Source: Chiloscyllium plagiosum (taxonomy: Eukaryota). Taken from it: a stretch of 33,602 bases of DNA. The stretch's first letter is position 1; each line of letters opens with the position of its first letter. A program made the position numbers and the translations under genes. The DNA lies in contig NW_025214356.1 in assembly GCF_004010195.1 (NCBI RefSeq), positions 5,323-38,924 on the forward strand, in the 5' to 3' direction. Below are positions 1 to 11,409 of the stretch, piece by piece. Under the pieces are notes generated by a model, which did not search any database, was not told the origin of the DNA, and saw only the letters and a list, made by a program, of their open reading frames with translations.

Positions 1-354
1 GTTTGATTGCGATGGGATTTAGACATTGACAGTCTCGACATGAGAAGCTCCATTAACAAATCCAAAGCAGCCTTTATGCAAATAAATGGCAGGACAGACT
101 GACCGGGCTGAGTGGCTTAATCTGCGACTTCCCTGTCTCCACTCCCAGAGTGATCTCTGCGATTTGCACTGACCTGCAAAAAATGCCTTCTTCACAATTT
201 CCTGTCAGTAGTAATGGGCTGCGACAGCACCAAGGCAACAAGAATCAGTATCAGAGATATCTACATCATCGGGCTCGCTGCTCCCAGCTACACTCGGCAG
301 GCTGGCACAATACTGTTATTTATATGGACTCGGAGAGTCTGCTGTCGTTAGTCG

Positions 355-2097
355 TCACACATGTATGTACGAATATGCACACAACCACGCACACACAGAA
401 ACACACCGAGACACTGACACACACACAACACAGACACACACACAAAACCTCCCCCACACACGCCCAAACAGACACCCACACCCACCCGCACAACCCAGCC
501 CCACACATACACATGCATGCACACACACATCCACGCATACACACCAACTTACACACACTCCAATACACACACCTGCACACAAGCACATCCATAAAGTATA
601 TCCACAAATGCACCTGTACCCACCCACTCACACGCAAGCACTTCCACATATATACACACATGCACATACACGCAGACACACCCACATCCACGCATATACA
701 CACATATACATACGCATGCACATGCATACCCACACATGCACACCTACACTCACATACATCGACATGTGTGCATACCAAACACAGACGCACACACATGCAC
801 ACATAAGTACACACACCGATACATCCACTCACAACCACACACCCAGATCCACTCACTCAAATATGCACAAACTCACAGATACACACATAAATACAGACAA
901 CCACAACCACACACCCATAACCACACACCCACAACCACACACCCACATCCACAAACACACATGCACATGCACTCACCCATTCACCCACCCAACCATGCAC
1001 GCATGCACAGACCAAAAGCACACACGTCAACACACACCAGAGGACAGCCACGCAGATAGACACAGACATGCAGACTCACGCGCAAATGCACAAATATCCA
1101 CACAAACAGATGTGCACATGCACAGATCCTCACACACACGCACACTAAACCACCTATCCAGCCGCGCACACATGCACATATTCACCTACTCACACATATA
1201 CACACACACGTTGAAACATCAACATGCACTTCCTTACACAAACGCACTCGCACCATGCATACACATGTGCAAACACACATATCCACGCATAGACGCACAC
1301 CGACGCCGACCCCCACACATACAAACACACAAACACAGACAGCCACATGCACATCCTCATACAACCAAATGCAACCGGATGTGTACACATACACTCACAC
1401 ATACACGCATAAACAACTATGGAAAACAATCACAACCATCAACACACGCAATCGTTCACAACTACACACCCACATGCACACACTCAAAACAAATACACAC
1501 ATACTCACCTACCCACACATCCACGCATGTAGCCACCCACAGCCACAGACAGGCACGTACACAATCAAAACCACATGCAATGCACTCACACAGACAAACG
1601 CCCACACGTAAGCATAGACACACCAGAACACACACACCCGCACACACTCACGCATATGCATAAACACACCAACCACACACCCACACACTTATGCACACAC
1701 TCACACTTATGCGCACAAACCCACACCAACGCACACATAGGAAGTCTCTCCCATACAGCAACACACACAGCCATAAGCACACACATACAAACGCACACAC
1801 CACACAAACATCCACATCAACATGCATGCACAGGCACAGACACATAGGCACACACACCCACACACACAGCGATACAAACACCCACACACCTTCACATGCC
1901 GACACCCGCACACCCACACACTCACGCATGCACATGCACAAACACAGCGACACAAACACCTACACACACCCACAACCAGGAGCACCTCCCACACCCACAC
2001 ACTCACGCATGCACATGCACACATCTCACACCAACACTCATATCCTCACACACCCACATGCCCCCACACCCATGCACACACCCACACCCACGCGCAT
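355..2097. repeat. Long degenerate (CA)n/CAYA low-complexity tract
   Basis: About 1.75 kb of interrupted CACA/CATA/CGCA, which produces the spurious His/Thr and Cys/Val ORFs. Confidence 0.95.
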
Positions 2098-2099
2098 CA

Positions 2100-3280
2100 A
2101 TAGTGTACTATCATTTTGATTAATTGCAGCCTGTGAGTCAGAAAGTTGGGCATCCAGTTGGAGTGTGTGGAACTGAGACGTAGATCATAGTGTTTTGCGA
2201 TCAGTCTGGAGGACATTATGGTGATGAAGGGGGAGTTGCAGTCGATGAGCAGGAATCTGACGTAGGTGACCTTGTTGCCTATATGTTCCAGGGGTGAGTG
2301 CAGGGCTAGGGATATGGCATCCGTTCTGTAACTGTTATGTCAGTTGGCAAATTGTCGTGGATCCAGACAGGTGGAGAGACTGGAGTTGATGTGGGTTATG
2401 ACACACTTCAGGATTATTCAAGTCAGCGGCACTGAGCGGAAATCATGAAGGCACATTGCTTTCTCAGTTACTGGGATGATAGTGATCTTCTTGAAGCAGT
2501 TGGGGATTTCAGCTTCTACGAAGAGAGTTTGAAGATGTCAATGATTAGCTCTGCAAATTGGTCCACACAGGATCTGAGTGCTTGTCTGGGAACACCACTA
2601 ATACTTTCCATCGTTTGCCTCTCAGGAAGAACGATCTAACATCTGAAATGGTGATGGAGAGTACAAATGTGCCCGGAGCTGTTGGCCCGGCTCCACAAAA
2701 CACCTAGCATTCTTCTCAAACTGAGCTTAGAAATCATTGTGCACGTCCAAGAGGTACGTGCCCTTGTCTGTTATCTTGCTTTGTTTCATATCCTACCCTG
2801 TAATGCAGCTTAGGCCTTAACACAGGCGGTGGTAGTGTGGTTGGTTGTTGTGGTCCTCTAATGTGATCTGGCACCGAATGATAGCAACCCTGATGGCTTT
2901 GAAGAGGATATATACGTCGTTCCATGTCTTCCGACCTGAATGCTGGTCTTCAGTAGGAAGTGGATTTCCTGGTTCATCGAAGGTTTCCAGTTGGAGAACA
3001 ACATGATTGACATTTTAGCTGCACAGTCCTCCACACATTTGCTAATGAATCCAAGCTTTTGCTACGGACTAATCCAGGTTTTCCACCAATTGCTTGAATA
3101 CAATCCAGTCCACCGATTCCAAGAACTCCAGGAGATGGTTCTCTACTGCTTCAGACCAGCATCGTATCACTTTTTGTGAAGGGCCCTACTTCAACAAAAA
3201 GGTTTCAGCTTCTGCTTGTGAGCTGGGAGGAGGAATACAGCGGTGTGATCTGACTTTCCGAAGTTTGGACAGGGTATAAT
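2100..3280 (-). mobile_element. Decayed Rex1/Babar-type LINE fragment (end of endonuclease, linker, N-terminal RT)
   Basis: Minus-strand translation across frameshifts gives FGKSDHTAVFLLPAHKQKL, RCWSEAVENHLLEFLESVDW, ALRSCVDQFAELIIDIF, IPNCFKKITIIPV, LDPRQFA, DAISLALHSPLEH and TYVRFLLID, which match Rex1-clade ORF motifs. Stops and frameshifts are present. Confidence 0.85.
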
Positions 3281-3299
3281 GAAGTACATTGACTCTACA

Positions 3300-3645
3300 T
3301 GGAACTCCAAACGCACAGCACCGTGGTTGCCATTGACTCCCTCCGTCTATAAGTGTGACCCCAGCTCCACACCAGTCTGGCTACCATTAACCTGCTGTGG
3401 GGTCTGTATGCAAATCCGGACCAAAAGCACTGTTCTTCCCAACGACCTGCTCTATTTATACATGTGACTCCCTGCTCGTAACACTATGTTTCACCTCAAC
3501 CAGGTCTATCTTGCACGAGATTCCAGAACCATAGCACTGAGGGTACCACTCACATGCTCTGTCCCTAGGTGTGACTCCAGATTCACTTCGCAAATTTTTG
3601 GTTTGACTTGTTCTGACTGTGCATGTGACCACAGAACCACTTCGG
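3300..3645 (+). repeat. Highly degenerate 54-bp minisatellite (~6.5 units)
   Basis: TGTGACTCC-like unit starts at 3300, 3354, 3409, 3463, 3516, 3570 and 3624 (324 bp = 6 x 54). Confidence 0.75.
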
Positions 3646-3649
3646 TCAG

Positions 3650-3740
3650 TTCTGACAAGGGTAATTCGACCTGAAAAGTTGGCAATGCCTTCTCTCCACA
3701 GTTGCTGCCTGATCCATTGAGCGTGGCCAGCAGATTCTGT
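3650..3740 (+). mobile_element. Decayed Penelope-like tail relic with broken hammerhead-like motif
   Basis: CTGACAA-GGGT-AATTCG-ACCT-GAAA followed by TCTCTCCACAGTTGCTGCCTGATCC..CCAGCA resembles the HHR+GATGCTGCCTGACCTGCTG tail seen at 17736-17811. Confidence 0.5.
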
Positions 3741-4414
3741 GATGATGATTTATTGAGTTTGGGGAAAGTGGCCTTAGAGTCTGAGTGACCAAATATTGGC
3801 AATGTGTTATGTGCCCGGATTATTTGAGGGACCAAGCCTAGCAGCCTCTCCTGTTTTTAACAGAAAATTTCATTCTGTGCGTTTTACCACGAAATGGTGC
3901 ATTCACCTCCTCGAAACACACAAACCTGCTAGATATTTTCCTTAATGTTTGAACAATGCGGACAGGAATTTGTGTGATTGATGGTCGTCTGGTGTTCGGT
4001 ACGCAAGCAGATAGAATTTTGTTTCCTACTCTATCCCAGTGCAGAAACCAATTTCATTTCGAATCTTTGAACTCAGATATGAGGCAGTGGAGATTCTCAG
4101 ACAATTGTCAAAACCGACTGCTGAATTGAGAAACATGCCCTTTCCACCCCCAAGTTAAAGGTATAAAATAAAGGCGTGAATTTGGTTGTTGGCTGTGGTT
4201 TGTGTATGTTCGAGCACAGAATAACATAATCAGGAAGTCGAGGGGAGACTTTTCAGCCCATTGAGTCCTCTACCAAGAAATACTATTCTAAATATTCACC
4301 AGTCCCACATACTAAAACATGGCTGTAGACTTGAAAGTGAATCATCCGATGGCGTTTTAAAGATTGTGAGATGTCGTTCCTCACCTGCCCTTCCATACAA
4401 ACAGTTGAAAATCC

Positions 4415-4720
4415 TTTGCTTGAATGTTCATCCAGAAACCCAGATGATGTTCTGGGAACCTGGGTTTGAATCCCGCCCTGACAGATAGTGGAATTTGAAA
4501 TCAAATATTAAAAGGAATATGGAATTTTGACGCTGATGATAAGAATGAGTCGGAAAACACAAGTGGTTCACCAATGTCCTTTAGGGAAGGAAAGTGTTAT
4601 CCATCCGTAGTCTATATCTGGCACCAGATCCATAGAAATGATGTTGACATCTAAGTGGTGTTTAGGTGGGCAATAAATGCTGCCTAACCAGAGACGCTGT
4701 CATCTGTAAATAAAATAAAA
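4415..4720 (+). mobile_element. Decayed tRNA-derived SINE (family uncertain)
   Basis: B-box-like GGGTTTGAATCCC at ~4462, central TGGTTCACCAATGTCCTTTAGGGAAGGAAA block, GGGCAATAAATGCTG tail and A-rich end. Confidence 0.7.
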
Positions 4721-5729
4721 TCATCAGCTACGTTTCAAATACAATTTGTGTCTCTTTGTCATTAACTCTCGAGTGTGGTGTGCAGCTGTTTTTTTTCTTC
4801 ACTGTCTCCATGCCCCTCATGACCTCATACACCTCAAACAGGCCTTCTCAGTAGCTTCTCTGCTGCAATCAAAAGAAGCTGGCCATATCCAGTGTCTCTT
4901 CACACCTAAGTTGCTCAATAGTACACAGGAAATCACATTAAATGAACTGATTCTTCTTATTCAAACATAATGCTTCACTGCATTAACTTCTGAGGAAAAT
5001 ACATGCAAAGCGCTGTACAAGTAGAGAGAATAAAAAAAGAAAGAAATGCTCATTGATATCAGCAGTGTGGCAAGTAGGACTTGCCCCTGTGCTCTCACCG
5101 ACCTACATAAGGCCAGAACAATGCAAATTGCTATCTCCCCGTTCTAACCAGAATTTATTGGGAGTTACAACAGTACAGATGGCTCAAATTGTGTTCAACT
5201 TACTTTGTGTGGTGCTGTAGGTTTAGCCTAATGTTGACAGAACCAACTCAAATTCATACAGTGAGTATCAATGTGAAGGTTCAGAGGGACTGTGGCGTCC
5301 TCCAGTAGTTTGCCAACAGGGAGTGAGATGTATCAGAGGCTTTGGCAGGCTTAGAAGTATAGCCGAGAAGTGCACACAATACTTTGGCTGTGTTCTGAGC
5401 AACGTTTTGTACAGTTCCTGCAGTAGCTTTCTCAGCGACATAACGAGTATTTCAGATCGTTTGTTAAGAGCTGAAGGACAGTGTGAGACCAGGACAGCGC
5501 TTGAGAAGCTGAGGAAGAGGTCTGAAAAACTTTGTTGTTTCTATTAGACCCCTGGTTTTGGTACAGCATGTGAATGGTTGAGGGATGGACCACACTTCTG
5601 ACCACAACTATGTACTCTCAGCCGACTTGCCAATCTTGCAAACTGGAAGGTTATCAAATCTGAACCCAGGTAGGAGCGGCAGTTTATAAAGTGTAGATTG
5701 AGCCACACTCATTGCACTTTAAAAGTGTA

Positions 5730-6050
5730 AGAGGCGACATTATTGAAATATCCAAGATTTTTAAGGAGCGTGGAAAGGTAGATGCAGAAAGGCAGTTTCC
5801 CCAGTGGTAAAGCCTGGAACCGGGGGCATCATCGCAGAATTCTGGGTCACCCATTGAGTTGGAATTTCTTGTCTCAGAGATAGTGAATCTTCTGAATTCT
5901 TTACCGCAGAGAAATGTGGAGGTTGGTTCGGTCAGTATATTTAAGGCTGTGATAAAGTAAGTTTAATCACGATGGGGAATCGAGAATTATGGGGAAAAGG
6001 CAGGAAATTTGAGTCAGGATGATGCGAACAGTCACGATCTTTTGGATTGC
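5730..6050 (+). mobile_element. CR1 LINE 3' end fragment
   Basis: RGDIIEISKIFK-like ORF2 C-terminus, then a TTCTTGTCTCAGAGATAGTGAATCTTCTGAATTCTTTACC block typical of CR1 3' ends. Confidence 0.7.
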
Positions 6051-6084
6051 CAATGCAGTCTCGATGAGCATTCAATGGTGTGAA

Positions 6085-6240
6085 ATCCTCTTTGGGGTTG
6101 TGAGACCAAACGACACACAATACTCCAAGTACGTTCTCGCCAACGCCCTGTATAACTTCAGTGAGTCATTCCGATTTCTGAACTGCATTCCCTTTGCAAT
6201 GAATGCCGCCATATCATTTGCCTTCCACATGGCTTGCAGT
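6085..6240 (-). mobile_element. Short CR1 ORF2 fragment
   Basis: Minus-strand reading LKLYRALARTYLEYCV resembles the CR1 motif LYKALVRPHLEYCVQFW. Confidence 0.6.
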
Positions 6241-6929
6241 AACGCAGGAAGTCAGTAAATATTTGATTCCAAGCACCTTGAGAAAGAGGGTCAGACAGGA
6301 TCATGACTGGTTCCGTTTCAGAGGACATTTCGAACAAAATGACATGCGCACAACAAAAATGTTTAATAATTGTATCATGGAGCAGGCCAGGCACCCCATC
6401 AAAATATTTCAAGGAAATAGAGGAGACCCTTTCTTGGCTAATTGTTTGAAGCAGGTGCAGAGAGGATATTCGAGCTGGTCCCACCACTTAGTTTGAAACC
6501 AAACAGAATTAATTTGCAAGAATATCGAATGAACTATAAAGAATAGCTACAGAGTATAGATTAATTTAACCGATCTGAAAACTGAACAAATCATCCCAAT
6601 TTAATCATGTTGCAAATTACTGCAACAATCTCCATAAACAAGGCCTTGGCACAAAATATGAAATCAAACACAGGTCCACGGCGGAGAGAGAGCAGAGAGA
6701 TTCAGCATCGAACACGTTCTTCCATGGAGCTGTTTCTTTGACAAGAGCCTCAAAACTGACTGACTACATGCTCTGAACAGCCAGATTGCTCGAAATCAAA
6801 CCTAACCAATGACAAGATAACCGTGTTAAAGGAGCAATATCGTCGGACTTGGGAGACAGCTGGTGGTAATTTATCTTCACAGTCACCATATCCGAGACGA
6901 AGGGAGCGCTTGAGAAACTCGGATCAGCG

Positions 6930-7830
6930 CGGTATTAATGACTTGGAGCAAGGAAGTGAACATCCACTCGCCAAAATTGCAGACGACTTTACGATCGGTG
7001 GAATGGCAACTTGTGAGCAAGATCGAAACAGCTTATTGAAATATATTAATTGTTCAAGTCAGTGGGCACAAAATTGACTAATATTGTATAACATTGAAAG
7101 ACCTGAAGATATTTATTTTGGGAGGGGGGAAAAAACAGATTTTTTTTTACATGAAGGAAACTGCAACACAATGGGACTTGTGAGGAAATGTTACCAATAC
7201 AGAAAAAGCTGGCACAGAGATGCAAAAGGCATCCAGAAAGGCTAATGGAATGTTCATTCTTATTTCAAGATTTTCAAGTATCACATCAGGGAAGTCTGAC
7301 TGCAAATGATCAAGATGCTGGGGAGGCAACGTCTGGAATAGTATGCAAAGTTTTTGCTCCCTTATGGAAGGAAAGATGTAATTTCATTGGAGACAGATCA
7401 CAGAAGGATGCTTGCAGGTTTGAAGAGAATATCTCATATGGAAAACCAAAGTCTGTTGCGAGCTATGGACTGAAGTTTACGATAATGAGAGGTGCTCTCA
7501 CGAGAAATATGCATGATTCTGAAGCGTGCTTAACAGGGAAAATGCTGATTTGAGGTTTACCAAGACCAGCGTGCCAGAGTCAATAAGCACCAATTTAGAG
7601 AGAGATGAGAGGGAATGTTGTTTCTCAGGATATTTGAAACTCCGTGTCACAGAGAGCAATGATAACCAAAATCCTTGTTTATATTTAAGACTGAGATAGG
7701 TAGAATCTTGATCCATCGGGGAATCACGGTTTACAGAGAAAGTCAAGATAGTGGATGAGAGGAATTTTGAGACAGAGTCGGTCCTGTTGAATAGCAGAGG
7801 AGGTTTGAGATGCAGAACCACCTATTCCTC
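6930..7830 (+). mobile_element. Decayed CR1 LINE 3' portion (RT catalytic region to 3' end)
   Basis: INDLEQGSEHPLAKIADDFTIGG (cf. INDL...KFADDTK), followed by LEYYAKF- and RGALTR-like remnants. Many stops. Confidence 0.7.
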
Positions 7831-8684
7831 ATCGTGTCTGACATTACTTTAATATTTTTCTCGTTCACTCCTTCCTAAATGATATTTTCACCGTTCAGAC
7901 AGTGAGAACTTTAATCTTTCAAGTCATACAATCCTTTACGAAAACATGACTAGAATGGGTTTGTGGGGAGGGGTGGGGGGGTTTGCAGGGCGGGGCTGGG
8001 GCTAGTTCGCTCGGGTCAAGGTGGGAATTCGGAAAGCAAACAGAAACCTGTTCACCACTCTCTAATTAAGACGGAGACGCAATGAAACCACTATATTGTA
8101 ATCAGACAGATTATTCAGTCATATTTGATCACTGAACACTTTTTAGTTGCTGGATTGTCTATGTCAAAACAATGTTTACTCTGTTGGATGGCTGATATTT
8201 GGGTACTGAGAAGTATGTATCATGTGTTCTGTCCACAGTCAAACAGCATCTGAAGTGATAAATACATAAGATGATTAACAATTGGACACTCGAAAATATG
8301 GACATTGTACAATGTCTACAGTAATACAGTATGTACAGTGTTGAAGAACTGAAATTTGGACATTCAGCAGCATGCATCATATGTATTATCTGCAATGATT
8401 GAATGTCTACAGCATGGGAGACTGTTAATTAAACATTCAGCTTTGTGTAGCCTGTATATGGAAAACAGGACAGCAGAATGAGATGCTGGATGTTTTACAA
8501 TCTTTACCGTGAGACAATGAAGCTTTTGTTGAGCTCTGGGAGACGGAAACTAACTTTTTGGCCGTTAAGCCTGTGTTAGAAGAACTCAATAATAGGCAGT
8601 CTGTTGAGGTGGTGACGTGAAAGTGTCCCTATCTTTAGTCCAGAGATCTGGGTTCTTTGAGCCATGGACTCCTACAGCACGGAG

Positions 8685-8889
8685 GAGAAAGTGAGGACTG
8701 CAGATGCTGGAGATCAGAGATGAAAAATGTGTTGCTGGAAAAGCGCTGCAGGTCAGGCTGCATCCAAGAAGCAGGAGAATCGATGTTTCAGACATAAGGC
8801 CTTCTTCAAGAATGAGCAGGGTGTGCCAAGCAGGCTAAGATAAATGGTAGGGAGGAGGGATTTGGGGGAGGGGCGTTGGGAATGCGATA
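8685..8889 (-). mobile_element. Partial Penelope-derived hammerhead monomer (end of tandem unit 1; ribozyme core mutated)
   Basis: Copy of 9645-9849. The minus-strand core reads TTGAAGA...GAAACATC instead of CTGAAGA...GAAACGTC. Confidence 0.8.
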
Positions 8890-9644
8890 TACGAAAACAT
8901 GACTAGAATGGGTTTGTGGGGAGGGGTGGGGGGGTTTGCAGGGCGGGGCTGGGGCTAGTTCGCTCGGGTCAAGGTGGGAATTCGGAAAGCAAACAGAAAC
9001 CTGTTCACCACTCTCTAATTAAGACGGAGACGCAATGAAACCACTATATTGTAATCAGACAGATTATTCAGTCATATTTGATCACTGAACACTTTTTAGT
9101 TGCTGGATTGTCTATGTCAAAACAATGTTTACTCTGTTGGATGGCTGATATTTGGGTACTGAGAAGTATGTATCATGTGTTCTGTCCACAGTCAAACAGC
9201 ATCTGAAGTGATAAATACATACAGTTCCAGATGATTAACAATTGGACACTCGAAAATATGGACATTGTACAATGTCGACAGTAATACAGTATGGACAGTA
9301 TTGAAGAACTGAAATTTGGACATTCAGCAGCATGCATCATATGTATTATCTGCAATGATTCAATGTCTACAGCATGGGAGACTGATAATTAAACATTCAG
9401 CTTTGTGTAGTCTGTATATGGAAAACAGGACAGCAGAATGAGATGCCGGATGTTTTACAATCTTTACCGTGAGACAATGAAGCTTTTGTTGCGCTCTGGG
9501 AGACGGAAACTAACTTTTTGGCCGTTAAGTCTGTGTTAGAAGAACTCAGTAATAGGCAGTCTGTTGAGGTGGTGACGTGTAAGTGTCCCTATCTTTAGCC
9601 CAGAGATCTGGGTTCTTTGAGCCATGGACTCCTACAGCACGGAG

Positions 9645-10173
9645 GAGAAAGTGAGGACTGCAGATGCTGGAGATCAGAGATGAAAAATGTGTTGCTGGAA
9701 AAGCGCTGCAGGTTAGGCTGCATCCAAGAAGCAGGAGAATCGACGTTTCGGACATAAGGCCTTCTTCAGGAATGAGTAGGGTGTGCCAAGCAGGCTAAGA
9801 TAAATGGTAGGGAGGAGGGATTTGGGGGAGGGGCTTTGGGAATGCGATAGGTGGAAGGAGGTTAAGGTGAGGGTGATAGGGCGGAGAGGGGGCGGAGGCG
9901 GAGACGTCGGGAAGAAGATTGCAGGTACCTGGGGGATGCAGTGAGAGAGGGACTCACTGAAATCCTTGTAGAGGGAGGAAGAGAGCTTCTTCAAGGAAGG
10001 CATCCTTGCAAGAGGATTCGCAGTAGTTTAAAATCAACTCGGAGAAAGTTAGAAACGTCGATTCTCCTGCTCCTTGGATGCTGCCTGACCTGCTGCGCTT
10101 TTCGAACAACACATTTTTCAGCTCTGATCTCCAGTATCTGCAGTTCTCACTTTCTCCTAGTTGATTTTAACCT
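9645..10173. mobile_element. Left-arm remnant of the Penelope-derived hammerhead cassette (full monomer on -, partial on +)
   Basis: Reverse complement of 17337-17860, truncated at 10173 by the left-arm deletion. Confidence 0.85.
9738..9774 (-). ncRNA. Minimal type I hammerhead ribozyme motif (core intact, one stem II mismatch)
   Basis: Minus strand reads CATTC-CTGAAGA-A-GGCC-TTAT-GTCC-GAAA-C-GTC-GATT. Confidence 0.6.
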
Positions 10174-10346
10174 GAAACATGAGGGGACATGAGAGTCTTT
10201 AGCAGGTCAGTTCAAGAAATCCCGTAATGCTTTGTATCGCTACGTCAGGGATAAACGAATGACAAGGTTTAGATTAGGGGCAGTCAAGGATAGTCCTGGG
10301 ACGTTGTGTGGGGAGTTCGAGGAAATATGAGAAGCATTGAATGAAT
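10174..10346 (+). mobile_element. CR1 ORF2 fragment, inverted copy of 14523-14695
   Basis: YRYVRDKRMTRFRLGAVKDSPGTLCGEFEEI-like CR1 linker; near-identical reverse complement of 14523-14695. Confidence 0.85.
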
Positions 10347-10846
10347 NNNNNNNNNNNNNNNNNNNNNNNNNNNNNNNNNNNNNNNNNNNNNNNNNNNNNN
10401 NNNNNNNNNNNNNNNNNNNNNNNNNNNNNNNNNNNNNNNNNNNNNNNNNNNNNNNNNNNNNNNNNNNNNNNNNNNNNNNNNNNNNNNNNNNNNNNNNNNN
10501 NNNNNNNNNNNNNNNNNNNNNNNNNNNNNNNNNNNNNNNNNNNNNNNNNNNNNNNNNNNNNNNNNNNNNNNNNNNNNNNNNNNNNNNNNNNNNNNNNNNN
10601 NNNNNNNNNNNNNNNNNNNNNNNNNNNNNNNNNNNNNNNNNNNNNNNNNNNNNNNNNNNNNNNNNNNNNNNNNNNNNNNNNNNNNNNNNNNNNNNNNNNN
10701 NNNNNNNNNNNNNNNNNNNNNNNNNNNNNNNNNNNNNNNNNNNNNNNNNNNNNNNNNNNNNNNNNNNNNNNNNNNNNNNNNNNNNNNNNNNNNNNNNNNN
10801 NNNNNNNNNNNNNNNNNNNNNNNNNNNNNNNNNNNNNNNNNNNNNN
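10347..10846. other. Assembly gap (500 N)
   Basis: Run of N. Confidence 0.99.
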
Positions 10847-11409
10847 TCCAAAATCCGACTCTCCCATTTCTTCTGATTCCACTTCAACGTGTTTTCACTG
10901 TCACACACATTTTAGAGAACAGTTTATGGGGTTATTGGTGGTGGAGGAGTTGAGCTCCTTCTTGCAGTCCGTGTGCTATAGACTGACCCATAACCAACTG
11001 CCAAGTTTGAAATTCTACGATCTGGACAGGGCAATATTTACGGATTGACCGATATATTTCCAAGTCAGGATGGTGAATGTCTTGGAGTACGATTTTAAGT
11101 GCTCCCGTGTATTTACCACCCTTGCCCTTCCAGGTGGAAGTGAACATACGTTTGTAACGTATTGTCTATTATCCCTCTGATCACACTTCAGAGAGATGGT
11201 AACGGTGCATTTCGCATTTTCTCTCAACAGTGAATCTATGAAGCTGGCTGGTAAGGAGCTGACAGTAGTGACTATGTCGCTGCCATTTCTGACCATTGCC
11301 CCCCGATGGCAACATGGTTCACAATCGTCACAATCTGAAATTAGACACAGGCTCCAGGATAATAACAATGCACTGATCAACTGTATTGACGTTTCTAAAA
11401 CAGTGAGTT

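Larger units (their letters stand above)
7937..9849 (+). repeat. Direct tandem duplication: unit 1 7937-8889 (953 bp), unit 2 8890-9849 (960 bp)
   Basis: TACGAAAACATGACTAG starts at both 7937 and 8890, and both units end GGGAATGCGATA. The 7-bp length difference is CAGTTCC, missing in unit 1. Confidence 0.95.
1..10346 (+). repeat. Left arm of giant imperfect inverted duplication (runs off window start; inner end lost in N-gap)
   Basis: GTTTGATTGCGATGGG at 1 is the reverse complement of CCCATCGCAATCAAAC ending at 27712. Collinear blocks: 1-2183<->25526-27712, 2613-4958<->22650-24996, 4959-10173<->17337-21595, 10174-10346<->14523-14695. Mirrored ORFs appear in the track (e.g. 3506..3835- vs 23774..24103+). 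Confidence 0.97.

Noticed and set aside
150..2123. Long His/Thr-rich and Cys/Val-rich ORFs (up to 432 aa; mirrored at 25533-27563)
   Set aside because: Translation artefacts of CA/TG repeats: open in many frames on both strands, with frames not conserved between the arms.
3279..3674. Possible exon encoding an 18-aa cysteine repeat protein
   Set aside because: Frameshifts within the array, a different indel and a stop in the mirror copy, and a simpler SINE-derived minisatellite explanation.
10240..11048. Poly-X ORFs here and at 28578-29009 and 30912-31931
   Set aside because: They merely span assembly gaps.
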